NCBI GenBank assembly: GCA_000002445.1
Contig: CP000071.1
Span: forward strand, 2,208,001-2,272,000
Direction of reading: 5' to 3'
DNA from: Trypanosoma brucei
Taxonomy: Eukaryota
DNA length: 64,000 bases
The notes under the pieces were generated by a model. The model saw only the letters and a program-made list of their open reading frames with translations, searched no databases and was not told where the DNA came from. This document shows, piece after piece, positions 44,048 through 53,586 of the stretch; positions within the stretch are counted from its first letter, which is position 1, and each line of letters opens with the position of its first letter. Made by a program: the position numbers and the translations under genes.

Positions 44048-46747
44048 ATGGGTGCTGCTCCAAGCAGGGAGACACTACGACGGGGGCTATACAACGTGCC
44101 AACACAGATGAAGAATAATGTTGACAGCTCCCGATCTCAAAGCAAACCAGACATTGTACTTATTCCGCTCATTAAAGAATATTTTCCATCGGCCGACTGC
44201 CCGCTGTTCGTGCAGTTTCACAAGATGCGGTGTGATCCGGGTGTGAATTATTACTTCCGCCACCCTCTGTACCCGGGTGATTTGAGCCGCATTCCCAACG
44301 TGCATAGCAATGATGCCAGGTCTTCTAACCGATCGAGAGATGCACTGTATTCTGAATTTGTGGAGCAGACAGAGGAGAGACTCTTTGATACAGATAATGA
44401 GATGCGACAGGCACATGAGCTTTCCATGAGTGACAGGTCTGCCGGTGGATCCCCTTCCTTCCATATGGAGGGGGCGAAAACAGCAAACGTTGGGAAAAAA
44501 GTTCTTCCGATCATATGCGCAGTGGCTTTTCTCCACGATCGCGAGAAGTTTGAACAACTTCAACAGACTCAGGGGACTCCGGGGGGTAGCAGGGTGCCAC
44601 ATGTTTTGATGGGGAAGGAAAACTCGGATATTCTTGAAGGAAAGGTTGTCAACATCATCGGTTTCTTTGGTATGTTACCAAGGGAGATAGAGCGGAAACC
44701 GTTGACATCTCCGGTAATCTTCAGTCCCGTAAGTCCCGGATTAAGTGCGACCGGAAAAGGCATTGCGGCACCAAGTATGTTGAAAAATTCTCTTTCTCTG
44801 CCATGTACAGCTAGGGGGCCCAGCCATGGTTCCTCGCAAGACCTTCAGCAACTGATTGCACCGCTCTCTTCACAGGCTTCAGTGGCTAGTGGGAACGAAC
44901 TTCGCAACCGTCCCAGCTTTGTACCTACGCCGCACGTGCCACCTGAACGATGCCCGTTGACAGCATCCGCTGGTGCCTTTTCACTGGTGTCCTCTCTCGG
45001 CGGGACGCCAGCTCGGGAACCGTCGGCGAGACAGCGACCCTTCTTGCAGTCAGAAGGTTTGTTACGGGAAATGGACCAGGCGTTGTCTTACCGTTGCACT
45101 GCGTTGGAGGAGAGGCTTAGCCGGTTTGGTTTGCCGGCACCTGCGGCGCCGGAGCCGCTTACAGCTGTTGTTTTTATGACCAAGTCTGCGGGAGAGCAAA
45201 ACCTGTGTCGGGTGACTTTTGTGGCCGCCAAGACTTATCATGGCCAGCTGGTTGAGGCTGGGGTACTAAAGCAGCGTGGAAATGGCCCTTCACCACCGCT
45301 GGAATCCGAAAGGCGGTATCTCCCACCTTTGGAAACATTTAGTTTTTCATCGCTGATGACAAACGTACCGTTTATTTCATTCGTGTACGAAATGCGTTGT
45401 CGCTGGGGACGCTTTGGGTTTTTCTCTCGACGTGTGGACTCACCGTCCTTACGGATGGGTTCTCTGAATGCTTCCTCCAGTTTTACTTACGGCTTTACGG
45501 GAGGCGCACATTCAGAGGCACCGAATCCGGAAGAGACACACAGGGGCTTCGCCATGTGGCTGACAAAAAACGGTGTGTTCCATGGCCGAATCGAAAGAGA
45601 ACTGGCGGAACATCTTTGTTTTTGCATGGCAGAACAGCCCGACTTCATGTCAGTCCCAGCTGCAACACTTCCAATAGGTGGGGGTTACTGGCGGTTCCGT
45701 GGCCTTGTTGACCGTAACAACCCACGACCTATTCAGCTTTGTGGCGACGGTGCTGAAGCGGCGGACCCGCTTGATGTGTATGTCATGGGTTCCCCAGCGG
45801 TTGGTGGTTTTGACGAGGGTGATGTTTTGAAATATGACCAAACGAGCCGTTCGTGGGTGGCCAACCGGGACATCCCACTCGATGCTGTTGTCCTTGCGGC
45901 AATGCGGCCATTTTGCAAGGCTGCGCGCACAGCTCCACCCGATGACATCGGGTGGGTGACTATTGAGGTGGAAGAGCAAGACGAGATGGGGGTTGAAGAC
46001 CAGGATCATCTTGAGACGGCGGGAAAGAGGGATATGGATACCGGGGCAGTTGTTCGTCAAGAGGACCGTGATGGTACTGTGGTGAGAAAACGAGTCCACG
46101 TTCGTGAAGGGAATTTCTATATCTATCGTTTTGAGCTGAATGGTGAGGTGCATTACCACGGTACTGTGCCAGATTTCGCGAATCCCAACAAAAAGAGGGC
46201 ATCGCACAGCAGTTCTGTCGGGGCGAGGAGTGTAGCTCCCATGGGGCCAGCGGTTGTCGCACGGCGTTTTGATAATACGAACGAAAGGGGCCGTCAACAT
46301 TCTGTTGGATTAACAGCAGACCGCAGCACCAACGAGCACTCATTGTCTGTGACTTCAACGTTTTCCCCCCCCTTTGTTGAGAGTTTTATGGGGAGCGAAA
46401 GGACGAGTGCAACGTTCCTAGCAAGCCCTCTCCAGCCCGTAAGGGAGGCCATCAGTCGCTCGGTGGGGACGGTCTCGTATTCTAATCGGGGCTATGAGTC
46501 GACCGGGAGCCAGTCCTCTTTTCCTGTTGTGCCTGTGACCCCAGATACGATGTTTCCTCCATCGAGAGGGCTGACAACGCCGGTGGCGCGTCGCAGGTCG
46601 ACATTTGTGCCAGTTGGCTCGGAGGTCGAAGTGGATGAGTCGCAACGGGACACGAATGAATCGGACGGAGGGCCAACAGCATTTGTCAGGCGCTTCATAG
46701 ACTCAACGGTTTATATATGGGACTGGAGATATTGCGCAGATAGATAA
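44048..46747 (+). CDS. Large hypothetical protein, member 2 of the MGAxPSRE family (899 aa)
   Basis: N-terminus MGAAPSRETLRRGLYNVP...IVLIPLIKEYFPSADCPLF. Further blocks shared with the other two members: FDTDNEMR, LPIICAVAFLHD, VNIIGFFGMLP, NVPFISFVYEMRCRWGRFG. Confidence 0.8.
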   Translation: MGAAPSRETLRRGLYNVPTQMKNNVDSSRSQSKPDIVLIPLIKEYFPSADCPLFVQFHKMRCDPGVNYYFRHPLYPGDLSRIPNVHSNDARSSNRSRDALYSEFVEQTEERLFDTDNEMRQAHELSMSDRSAGGSPSFHMEGAKTANVGKKVLPIICAVAFLHDREKFEQLQQTQGTPGGSRVPHVLMGKENSDILEGKVVNIIGFFGMLPREIERKPLTSPVIFSPVSPGLSATGKGIAAPSMLKNSLSLPCTARGPSHGSSQDLQQLIAPLSSQASVASGNELRNRPSFVPTPHVPPERCPLTASAGAFSLVSSLGGTPAREPSARQRPFLQSEGLLREMDQALSYRCTALEERLSRFGLPAPAAPEPLTAVVFMTKSAGEQNLCRVTFVAAKTYHGQLVEAGVLKQRGNGPSPPLESERRYLPPLETFSFSSLMTNVPFISFVYEMRCRWGRFGFFSRRVDSPSLRMGSLNASSSFTYGFTGGAHSEAPNPEETHRGFAMWLTKNGVFHGRIERELAEHLCFCMAEQPDFMSVPAATLPIGGGYWRFRGLVDRNNPRPIQLCGDGAEAADPLDVYVMGSPAVGGFDEGDVLKYDQTSRSWVANRDIPLDAVVLAAMRPFCKAARTAPPDDIGWVTIEVEEQDEMGVEDQDHLETAGKRDMDTGAVVRQEDRDGTVVRKRVHVREGNFYIYRFELNGEVHYHGTVPDFANPNKKRASHSSSVGARSVAPMGPAVVARRFDNTNERGRQHSVGLTADRSTNEHSLSVTSTFSPPFVESFMGSERTSATFLASPLQPVREAISRSVGTVSYSNRGYESTGSQSSFPVVPVTPDTMFPPSRGLTTPVARRRSTFVPVGSEVEVDESQRDTNESDGGPTAFVRRFIDSTVYIWDWRYCADR

Positions 46748-48928
46748 AGTTGAGGATGTGTAGCTAGGGGAACAGGCACCCGAAGAATAAATAGGTTAGT
46801 AGCACGTTTTATATATCTTTTTATATCTTTTTGTCTTTTTTTCGTTTTATTACCATGGCCATTATTTTCTTAAGCTATTATGTGTAAAACTTTGTGTTTG
46901 CATTCTTCGTGGTAATGGTCCCCTTGCTTTTTCTTTTCCAAAGCTGCTCTTAATTTAATGTGATATTTGTGCTGCCGACTTTTCTGTAGATAAGTATCCG
47001 CTTACTTCGGGTAAAAGATGTGGGCACTAAACAACTTATTTCTAATTCCACGCTGCTTCTTTGCTAGGCGGGTGCGCTCCACAAATTGAAGCTTTTGCGT
47101 TCCGTGAGGGGTTGGTCAAAATTTCACAAATGGTATTCAAAAAAAAAAATGACGTGACACTCGTACAATGCATTAGGTTGATGCCATATCCTTTTCCGTA
47201 TCCGTATTTTGAAACGCTAAGGTGCTGTTGCTTTATGGGATGGACTCACTCACGTAGTTGTATCATTTGCATTTCCCCCTTTTAACCACCATTTTTTCTT
47301 TCTTTAAATGCCTTAGCTCTCCCAACATTTTATTTAACTGACCGTTTTTGCTTTGATTTTGACTATTGGATGACACAGTTCCGTTTCTCACCAGCCCCTG
47401 CAGCGGGTATGCTCGCTTGCTAAGACCAAACATTTTTACCTTCATGCCCCCCAATATTGTTCTCTTTGATCGTAGCCGAAACCATCCTTATTTTTCTTCT
47501 CTCGCCCCTCTCTCAATCTTTTTTCGGTTCGCTTTAGTGCTGGTAACGAACACCTCCATTTTAGCAGAGCACACGCGCAAGAGCGCATGGATCAATAATC
47601 TGTTGGTGCGGGTTGTTTCCCGTGTTCATTTTTTTCGGTGTCATGGGGGAGTATTGGGGAGGCAGCCTATGATATTCCCGAAGCTGGTGGTGTTTACACG
47701 CTGTGCGCTGGCGAATGATCATTCTTATTGTTGTTTTCAAACAACCTAACAAAAAAGACAGGAAAACGGAGGTTGTATCTTGGCGTGCGGTTTAAGCAGT
47801 CTTTGAGGCGAGGGACAGGGGGTAGGGTGTTGCTCATGCAGTAGACATTGCTTGTTTCAATGCTCAAAACATTCCTAGAAGGCTATGTTGAATTAATTAC
47901 GGTCCTGATGCGACTCTACGGAGGGCTGCACCTATCAGTGTTCGTTCCAACGAACGGTGGTAGTTGCGCTGTTCAGAACTGACCGGTGTCGAGGGACGAC
48001 CCCGAGTTCGTCCCCACTACTGCGCTTAGGGGGGACTCCATGAGAATAGCGTTGCGCCGTTCCAGTTTCAGCAAATGCTTAAAAGCCTCGGTATCCCTGT
48101 TTACAATCGGCGTGCTGTGCCACCCGAAGTCTGCAGCGTATCTCTGAATTGAGTGGACTCGAGCCAATATGACGCTTTCAGGGTCGAGTGCACGCGGAGG
48201 CTTCCTCATTCCCATCCACAGTATGGTCGGGAATCATTTCGCGTGCCGAACAAAAAGTCGTTTGTGTTTTATATCCTTGTTATACTCAACCCACTCCACG
48301 GGTGTTGCGCTGCTGGTCCTTGATTGCGCCTATTTACACCATACTTTACCTGGGAATTCGGGTTTGTTGCTTATGCTTTGTGATGCCGGGAGTTTGCCAA
48401 GGTGTTTCCCACCGCCTTGCTTCGACCTCATTGCGTCGGAGGTGATGGAGGTTGTAGCAAGAGTCAGTATCTCCGTGCATGCAGGTGCCACGAAAGGCGT
48501 TTTTTTTTGTCTACGGACCCTCGCGCGATGTTACCACGTGCGATGTGCAACCCCATTCTGTCACCCATCTAGAAAAAGGATACTGGCGTTCTCGCTGGTA
48601 AGGGGAAGACCCTTTGGTTTGTCGCACGAGTTCTCCGCGTGACCGAGTTGCTTCGGGCAAGAGGGCAATGCAGTTTCGACGTGGGCACCCTAAAGGTATC
48701 GTCTTTGACCCTTCTCATGCGGGGCGGAACCCCAACGGGTCTTGGGCTTTTGAAGTTATCACTCGAATGTGCACGGCTTGTAAGCTGACGGTTGGTGCTA
48801 CCGCCATCGATCAGCCTGTTTTATACGCATTACCTAAGGAAGGGACTTACTGTGATTCAACAGCGCAACGCCCTTTCGGTTCGGCTAAGGACCCAGCGTT
48901 CTCCTTACCTTCCGTATATTAAGATATT

Positions 48929-50632
48929 TTGTTTTTTCGATATAAGAAGGACATGCAGTTTTGTGGCGGGCTTGTTTGCCGCACACCACCACGACGATTT
49001 GCATGGAAGCAAACTTACAGCCAACTTCTACCATCACACTCCATGGTTCCCTCTGCGTACATATGCGGGCGTTTGCGCCAAGCGCACCACTACTCCGGTC
49101 GATTTGCTTGTAGCGCTGCTTCTGTTGTGGTAGAGAGTCCCTCTGATGGAGCTGGGATCCTCACTTTCACAGCCAACACAGTTGATGGCGCTGCGCGTGC
49201 GCTCAGCGAAATAATGCATGAAGCTCAGGCGCTTTCTCATTCTGTGGAACTTCGCGCGTTGGAGCGCCTGGAGGCCATCCTAAGGCAAAACGCTGACTTA
49301 CTGGCATTAGCGGAGGCCCTTGCTACGGGAATATGTTTGCGTGAAGCTCGGAACTCGATTGGGTTGGCGGCAAACGTCGTCGGAAGTTGTGCGGAACGTC
49401 TGCGTGGGTGCCCCGCCTCGGTCGCCGCCAGCGAGACCATTGATGTGGAGGACTTACTTCGTTCGTTGGGCTGCAGTGACAGGGGTATCAACTGTCACGG
49501 TATCAGGTGTGCAACTGGCGGAGGTTCCTCGGTAGCGCTGTGCTACACATCGGCCAATTACCCCCTTCAGAGAGGTGTTGAGGCTATCGCCGCCGCTCTT
49601 TTGCGAGGTCATGTGGTCGTCTGGCTGCCATCACTTGAAGCACCGCTCTCCGCGTTGTGGCTTATGCAGTTGCTTTGCCGCTCTTTCAGCTGCCAAGCTG
49701 ACGAAAACGACAGTCGGAGTGCCACTAGTGATGACAAGGGCTGCGATCCGGGCGTTGGTATGCATACCGTGGACCCTATAAATATCATTTTGTATCGCGG
49801 TGAAAACTCAATTTTACTTGAAAAGGCTTTCGGCGTACGAGGCGCCCGTGAAGGCTTGGAGCTAGTAGGGTTGACGAACGGCTTTACAGAAGGCCAAACA
49901 AACCAGTTTTCCGTCCACTTGTCGGATAGCCAAGTGAGACGTTCGGATATTAGCGCCTTGTACGCCATTGATTGGCACCATCGGTTGACTAAACCTGCGG
50001 TTGCCATTGTTAGTGTTTCCCAAGGGGAATCACAGTCATTTTCACCTTCTATCCCATTGACGGCATGCGCGGCAGTGGCGAAAACAGATTCAGCGCCTAC
50101 ACACGTGGAATGTGTAGCTGAAAATTTCTTTCATCACGCCTTTCACTGCAATGGGAGAACACTGCACCCACTTCACGTGGCGTTCATTCCCCACGAGGAT
50201 GTGCTACCGATACTCCGTTACCTTCGGGAGCGCATACGACAGGTGCGCATTGGGCACAGTCTTGACAGCAGTGTTGAGCTTGGCCCGCTTCCCACTTCTA
50301 AACACCTCTCTTTGGTGAAGGAACTTATTGAGTCTGCTACTAGCGGTGACGATGATGCTGGGGTCTGTATTCAACAGGTGTGCGGCGGGTTCGAGGTAGC
50401 GATGCCTGCAGGTTTTTTTTGCCTTCCCTGTGTGCTGTATGCCCGGCTGCCGAATGAAGCACCAGGTGCAGTTTCTTCGATGGTTGAACGAGTCATGAAG
50501 CTGCGCACGGAGTTGGATGAATTGGGAGGTGGTCCTGTAGCTCTTGTGTGCGCCTATGACCTTCGGCACCAGTTAGATGAGTTACACGTATGGAAGGACA
50601 ACGCGCAACATTATGTTGTGCATGACTGGTGA
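48929..50632 (+). CDS. Divergent aldehyde dehydrogenase (ALDH) superfamily-like protein, possibly catalytically degenerate (567 aa)
   Basis: Blocks follow the ALDH fold in order: RALERLEAILRQNADLLALAEALATG (like ALDH R..L.KLADLIE.N.DELA.LE.LD.GK), ANYPLQRGVEAIAAALLRGHVVVWLPSLEAPLSALWL (like WNFPL..A.WK.APALAAGN.VVLKP.E.TPLTAL), a VGxxxD-like block VRIGHSLDSSVELGPL, and a C-terminal ELGGGPV (like E.FGPV). The canonical ELGGKSP glutamate site appears replaced (VSVSQGESQ); a Cys is retained in AFHCNGR. The basic, Arg-rich N-terminus suggests an organellar presequence. Confidence 0.55.
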   Translation: MFFRYKKDMQFCGGLVCRTPPRRFAWKQTYSQLLPSHSMVPSAYICGRLRQAHHYSGRFACSAASVVVESPSDGAGILTFTANTVDGAARALSEIMHEAQALSHSVELRALERLEAILRQNADLLALAEALATGICLREARNSIGLAANVVGSCAERLRGCPASVAASETIDVEDLLRSLGCSDRGINCHGIRCATGGGSSVALCYTSANYPLQRGVEAIAAALLRGHVVVWLPSLEAPLSALWLMQLLCRSFSCQADENDSRSATSDDKGCDPGVGMHTVDPINIILYRGENSILLEKAFGVRGAREGLELVGLTNGFTEGQTNQFSVHLSDSQVRRSDISALYAIDWHHRLTKPAVAIVSVSQGESQSFSPSIPLTACAAVAKTDSAPTHVECVAENFFHHAFHCNGRTLHPLHVAFIPHEDVLPILRYLRERIRQVRIGHSLDSSVELGPLPTSKHLSLVKELIESATSGDDDAGVCIQQVCGGFEVAMPAGFFCLPCVLYARLPNEAPGAVSSMVERVMKLRTELDELGGGPVALVCAYDLRHQLDELHVWKDNAQHYVVHDW

Positions 50633-52460
50633 GTGCGCGGCGATATATTTGAGGAATAGGTGGGGACGTGAGCAGATGCCACATTAAGTGTTGCGTGGTA
50701 TGCCAAGTTAAATCGTACAGCTGCCGTGGAAATTAGGAGAAGAAAGTGCCGCAATACGCATTTGGTGTTAACAGTGAAACCGTGTATATGCTTGTGTGTG
50801 TGTGTGTGTGGAATTGGTGATACGGAAAGGAAATGTGCCAACAGTTCGGCGGCCAAAAAGCGGTACGATAACCTTTGTCCAGTACGCGCAGTCTGTGTTA
50901 CGTCGCGGAAGTGGAGTTTCTTTGTGCCATGGCTTGCCGTTATTGCTATTGTTATTACTGTTATTATTATTATTATCATCATCATCGGTATTAATCCATC
51001 TATTTATTTCCTGTCTGATGTTATGCCTCGAGCCATACCGCAATTCCCGCATCCTCTTTACTGTTTGCCTTCTTCATCTTTCTTTCCTCTGAAAGGGGCA
51101 CCGTGGCGAAGAAACGGCAAAAAGCGAGAAGGAAGAGGGAATAATAGGGAAGCAAAATCATTTGGGGTACTTGGAACAAGAGAAGGAGAGAGCAGAAAAC
51201 GAAAAAAAAAATAGAAATAGAAAAAAGGACTCCAAAGGGGACGTTGTGCGCGTGTAGGTGCCCAGCCGAAGACAAGCAACTATTAAGCAAGCAAACAAGC
51301 AAGCAAGTGAAGAAGAGCAAGAGGAGACGAGAGAATAATACGTTAAGTGGCAGTTAGTTGTACGTATACGCACATATTTATATATATACATATACATTTA
51401 AGTACACATATAAAGTGAGGAAACAGAATAGGGTGGAGTGCATCTGTAAAAGTCCCATCCCCGTTGTTTAGTGCACACGCAAACTTTCAAAACGGACAAA
51501 CGCGCGTTTCCGTGTGAAGAGGCCATTCTATTGCTGACACGTCTCCGCGTAGCACCTGTGCCGTCGTTTTGAATATTCGTCTGTTTTTTTTCCTTCGTTT
51601 TCTTGATAAAAGAAAATCACATATAGTTAAATTTGACTTTTGCTGATTTAAATTTTTTTTTTTTAAAGAAAAGAAAAGCGGTGTGGAATATACGTTGTTG
51701 CGGGAGGGGAAAGAAGAGACGGGAGGAAACAAAACCAGAGGTGTGGAAGCATCGAGTTCTATAACGGGAATAATATTAAATCATAGGGGGGGGGTTGAAA
51801 ACACGCAAACAGACAGGAAAAAGAAAACAACAATAACGAGAGGGGGAGTCCTGACGACGCACTGACAAGAAGTATCAAATCAGTATAGTTTTTCTTTTTT
51901 CTTTTTTCTTTTGCATCTTTCAACGACACCAGAAAAAGGGGAATAAATAAATTGTAAACTTCTTTCTGTACGCGTACTACATACGTATATACATACATAT
52001 ACATATTTATACATAGGAAAAAAATTTCGTTTCTTTTTTTTTTTTCTTTAAATTTTCGTCCACCAATCGCTCCTCTGCTTTAAACAAAACGGGACAAGGT
52101 AATAAAACAAGAGTAAAATAAATTCAAGGAAAGTAAGAGAGTCGTTTACTTTGTAACTTTTTGCTCTCTTTGCATTTGCATTTGCATTTTTCTCCTCTTT
52201 TTTGTTTTTCTCCTTTGTAATTTTATCTTTCATTATTAAAATCATAATTGTCACCATTTTCTACCGCCCGTCTTTCTGTTTCTGCTTTGCTCTTCGCGTG
52301 GATTCATTTTTTCTTTGTCACTAACTCCCTCAACTACAGTGTGTTACTTTAACACAAACCTAGCGGTTGTGCGTGTGTGCGTGTGTGTGTGTGTTTTAAA
52401 TCTTAGATAACCCTCATTGTCATTTTTTTTGATTTATATTTTGCCACCGCAGAGTCCGTG

Positions 52461-52665
52461 GAAGTAAAAGAGAGGAATAACAAAAACGATAAATAATAGG
52501 GAAAAAAAGAAGGGGAAAGGAGAGAAAAAGGTAAAAAAGGGAGAAAAAGGCGTGACAGTAGTTGTGGTTGGAGGGGGACCCCGAATAGAAAAAAAAAAGG
52601 AAGGAAGAAAAAAAAAAGAGGGAAAAGGACGGAGAGAGAAAGAGGGATCCGGGGACGGCGCAATT
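52461..52665 (+). repeat. Polypurine (GA-rich) tract of ~200 nt on the plus strand
   Basis: agaggaataacaaaaacgataaataatagggaaaaaaagaaggggaaaggagagaaaaaggtaaaaaagggagaaaaagg... Confidence 0.85.
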
Positions 52666-53557
52666 ATATAAAAAGATATACAACACACACGTGCTATCGC
52701 TTCTTTGTTCTGTGGTTTATACAAACACATTCACATCCGTATTAGTTTTCTTATTAATATATCGTGCCGCGCCACACATTTCTTGTGCAGACATATATAT
52801 TTATACACATTTGTTTTTATATAAAAGGTGAGGAATTGAAGGAGTTTTTTTTTCTTTGCGCCATCGATCTATTCGCTTTCACCACAAGTCGCCACCGTCA
52901 TTGCGCCATTAATTTACTACTCGCGGTTATTCCATCAAGGGTGGAAAGGGAGGGATTGACAGGAGATAAATAAAGCAATTCAAACCTTTTTTTTTTCTAA
53001 AAAAAGTGAGAGAAGGAAAAAAAAAGAAGAAAGTGACGGGGTGAAAACAAGTAAATCCAATAATATAAGGAGGTATAGTTATAAATAAATAAATATATAT
53101 TGGGGGAGGCGTACAAGTTAGAATATAAAGGTATTTCCAAGTAGCTTACTCTTGACATCAGTTGTTTTAATAATAATAATAATAGCATTGACTTTAGGGT
53201 TCTTGTTGACCATTTTTTTTTAAAAGGAAAACAAAATCGTTCTGCTTTTTTTTTTCCGTTTGACTAAAAACCTTTCCCTACATTGTGGAGCGGGTGCCGT
53301 TTTTTCAGTGTCTTTTTTCTTTGTAATTTGATCAGTTGAGATCGGGGAGGAGTGGGGTTAAGGGTTAGGGGTTTGTTGGATTTTTGTCTTTTTTTTTCCT
53401 TGAGAAGAGACCCAAGTAAAGAAGGAGGAAAAAAAAAGACAGATTTGTAAAGAGAGGAATTTAGAACGGAAGGGACCCAACAGAGATAAAGAGGAGAGGA
53501 GAGGAGAGGTGTGTGTGGTAGTTCCTTTTTTTTTCTTTACATTAATTTTTTCGTGAG

Positions 53558-53580
53558 GTGTGTGTGTGTGTGTGTGTGTG
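53558..53580 (+). repeat. (TG)n microsatellite directly abutting a start codon
   Basis: gtgtgtgtgtgtgtgtgtgtg ends 6 nt before the MGALPSRE ATG at 53587. The repeat contains an in-frame upstream ATG at 53560. Confidence 0.95.
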
Positions 53581-53586
53581 ACGAAT

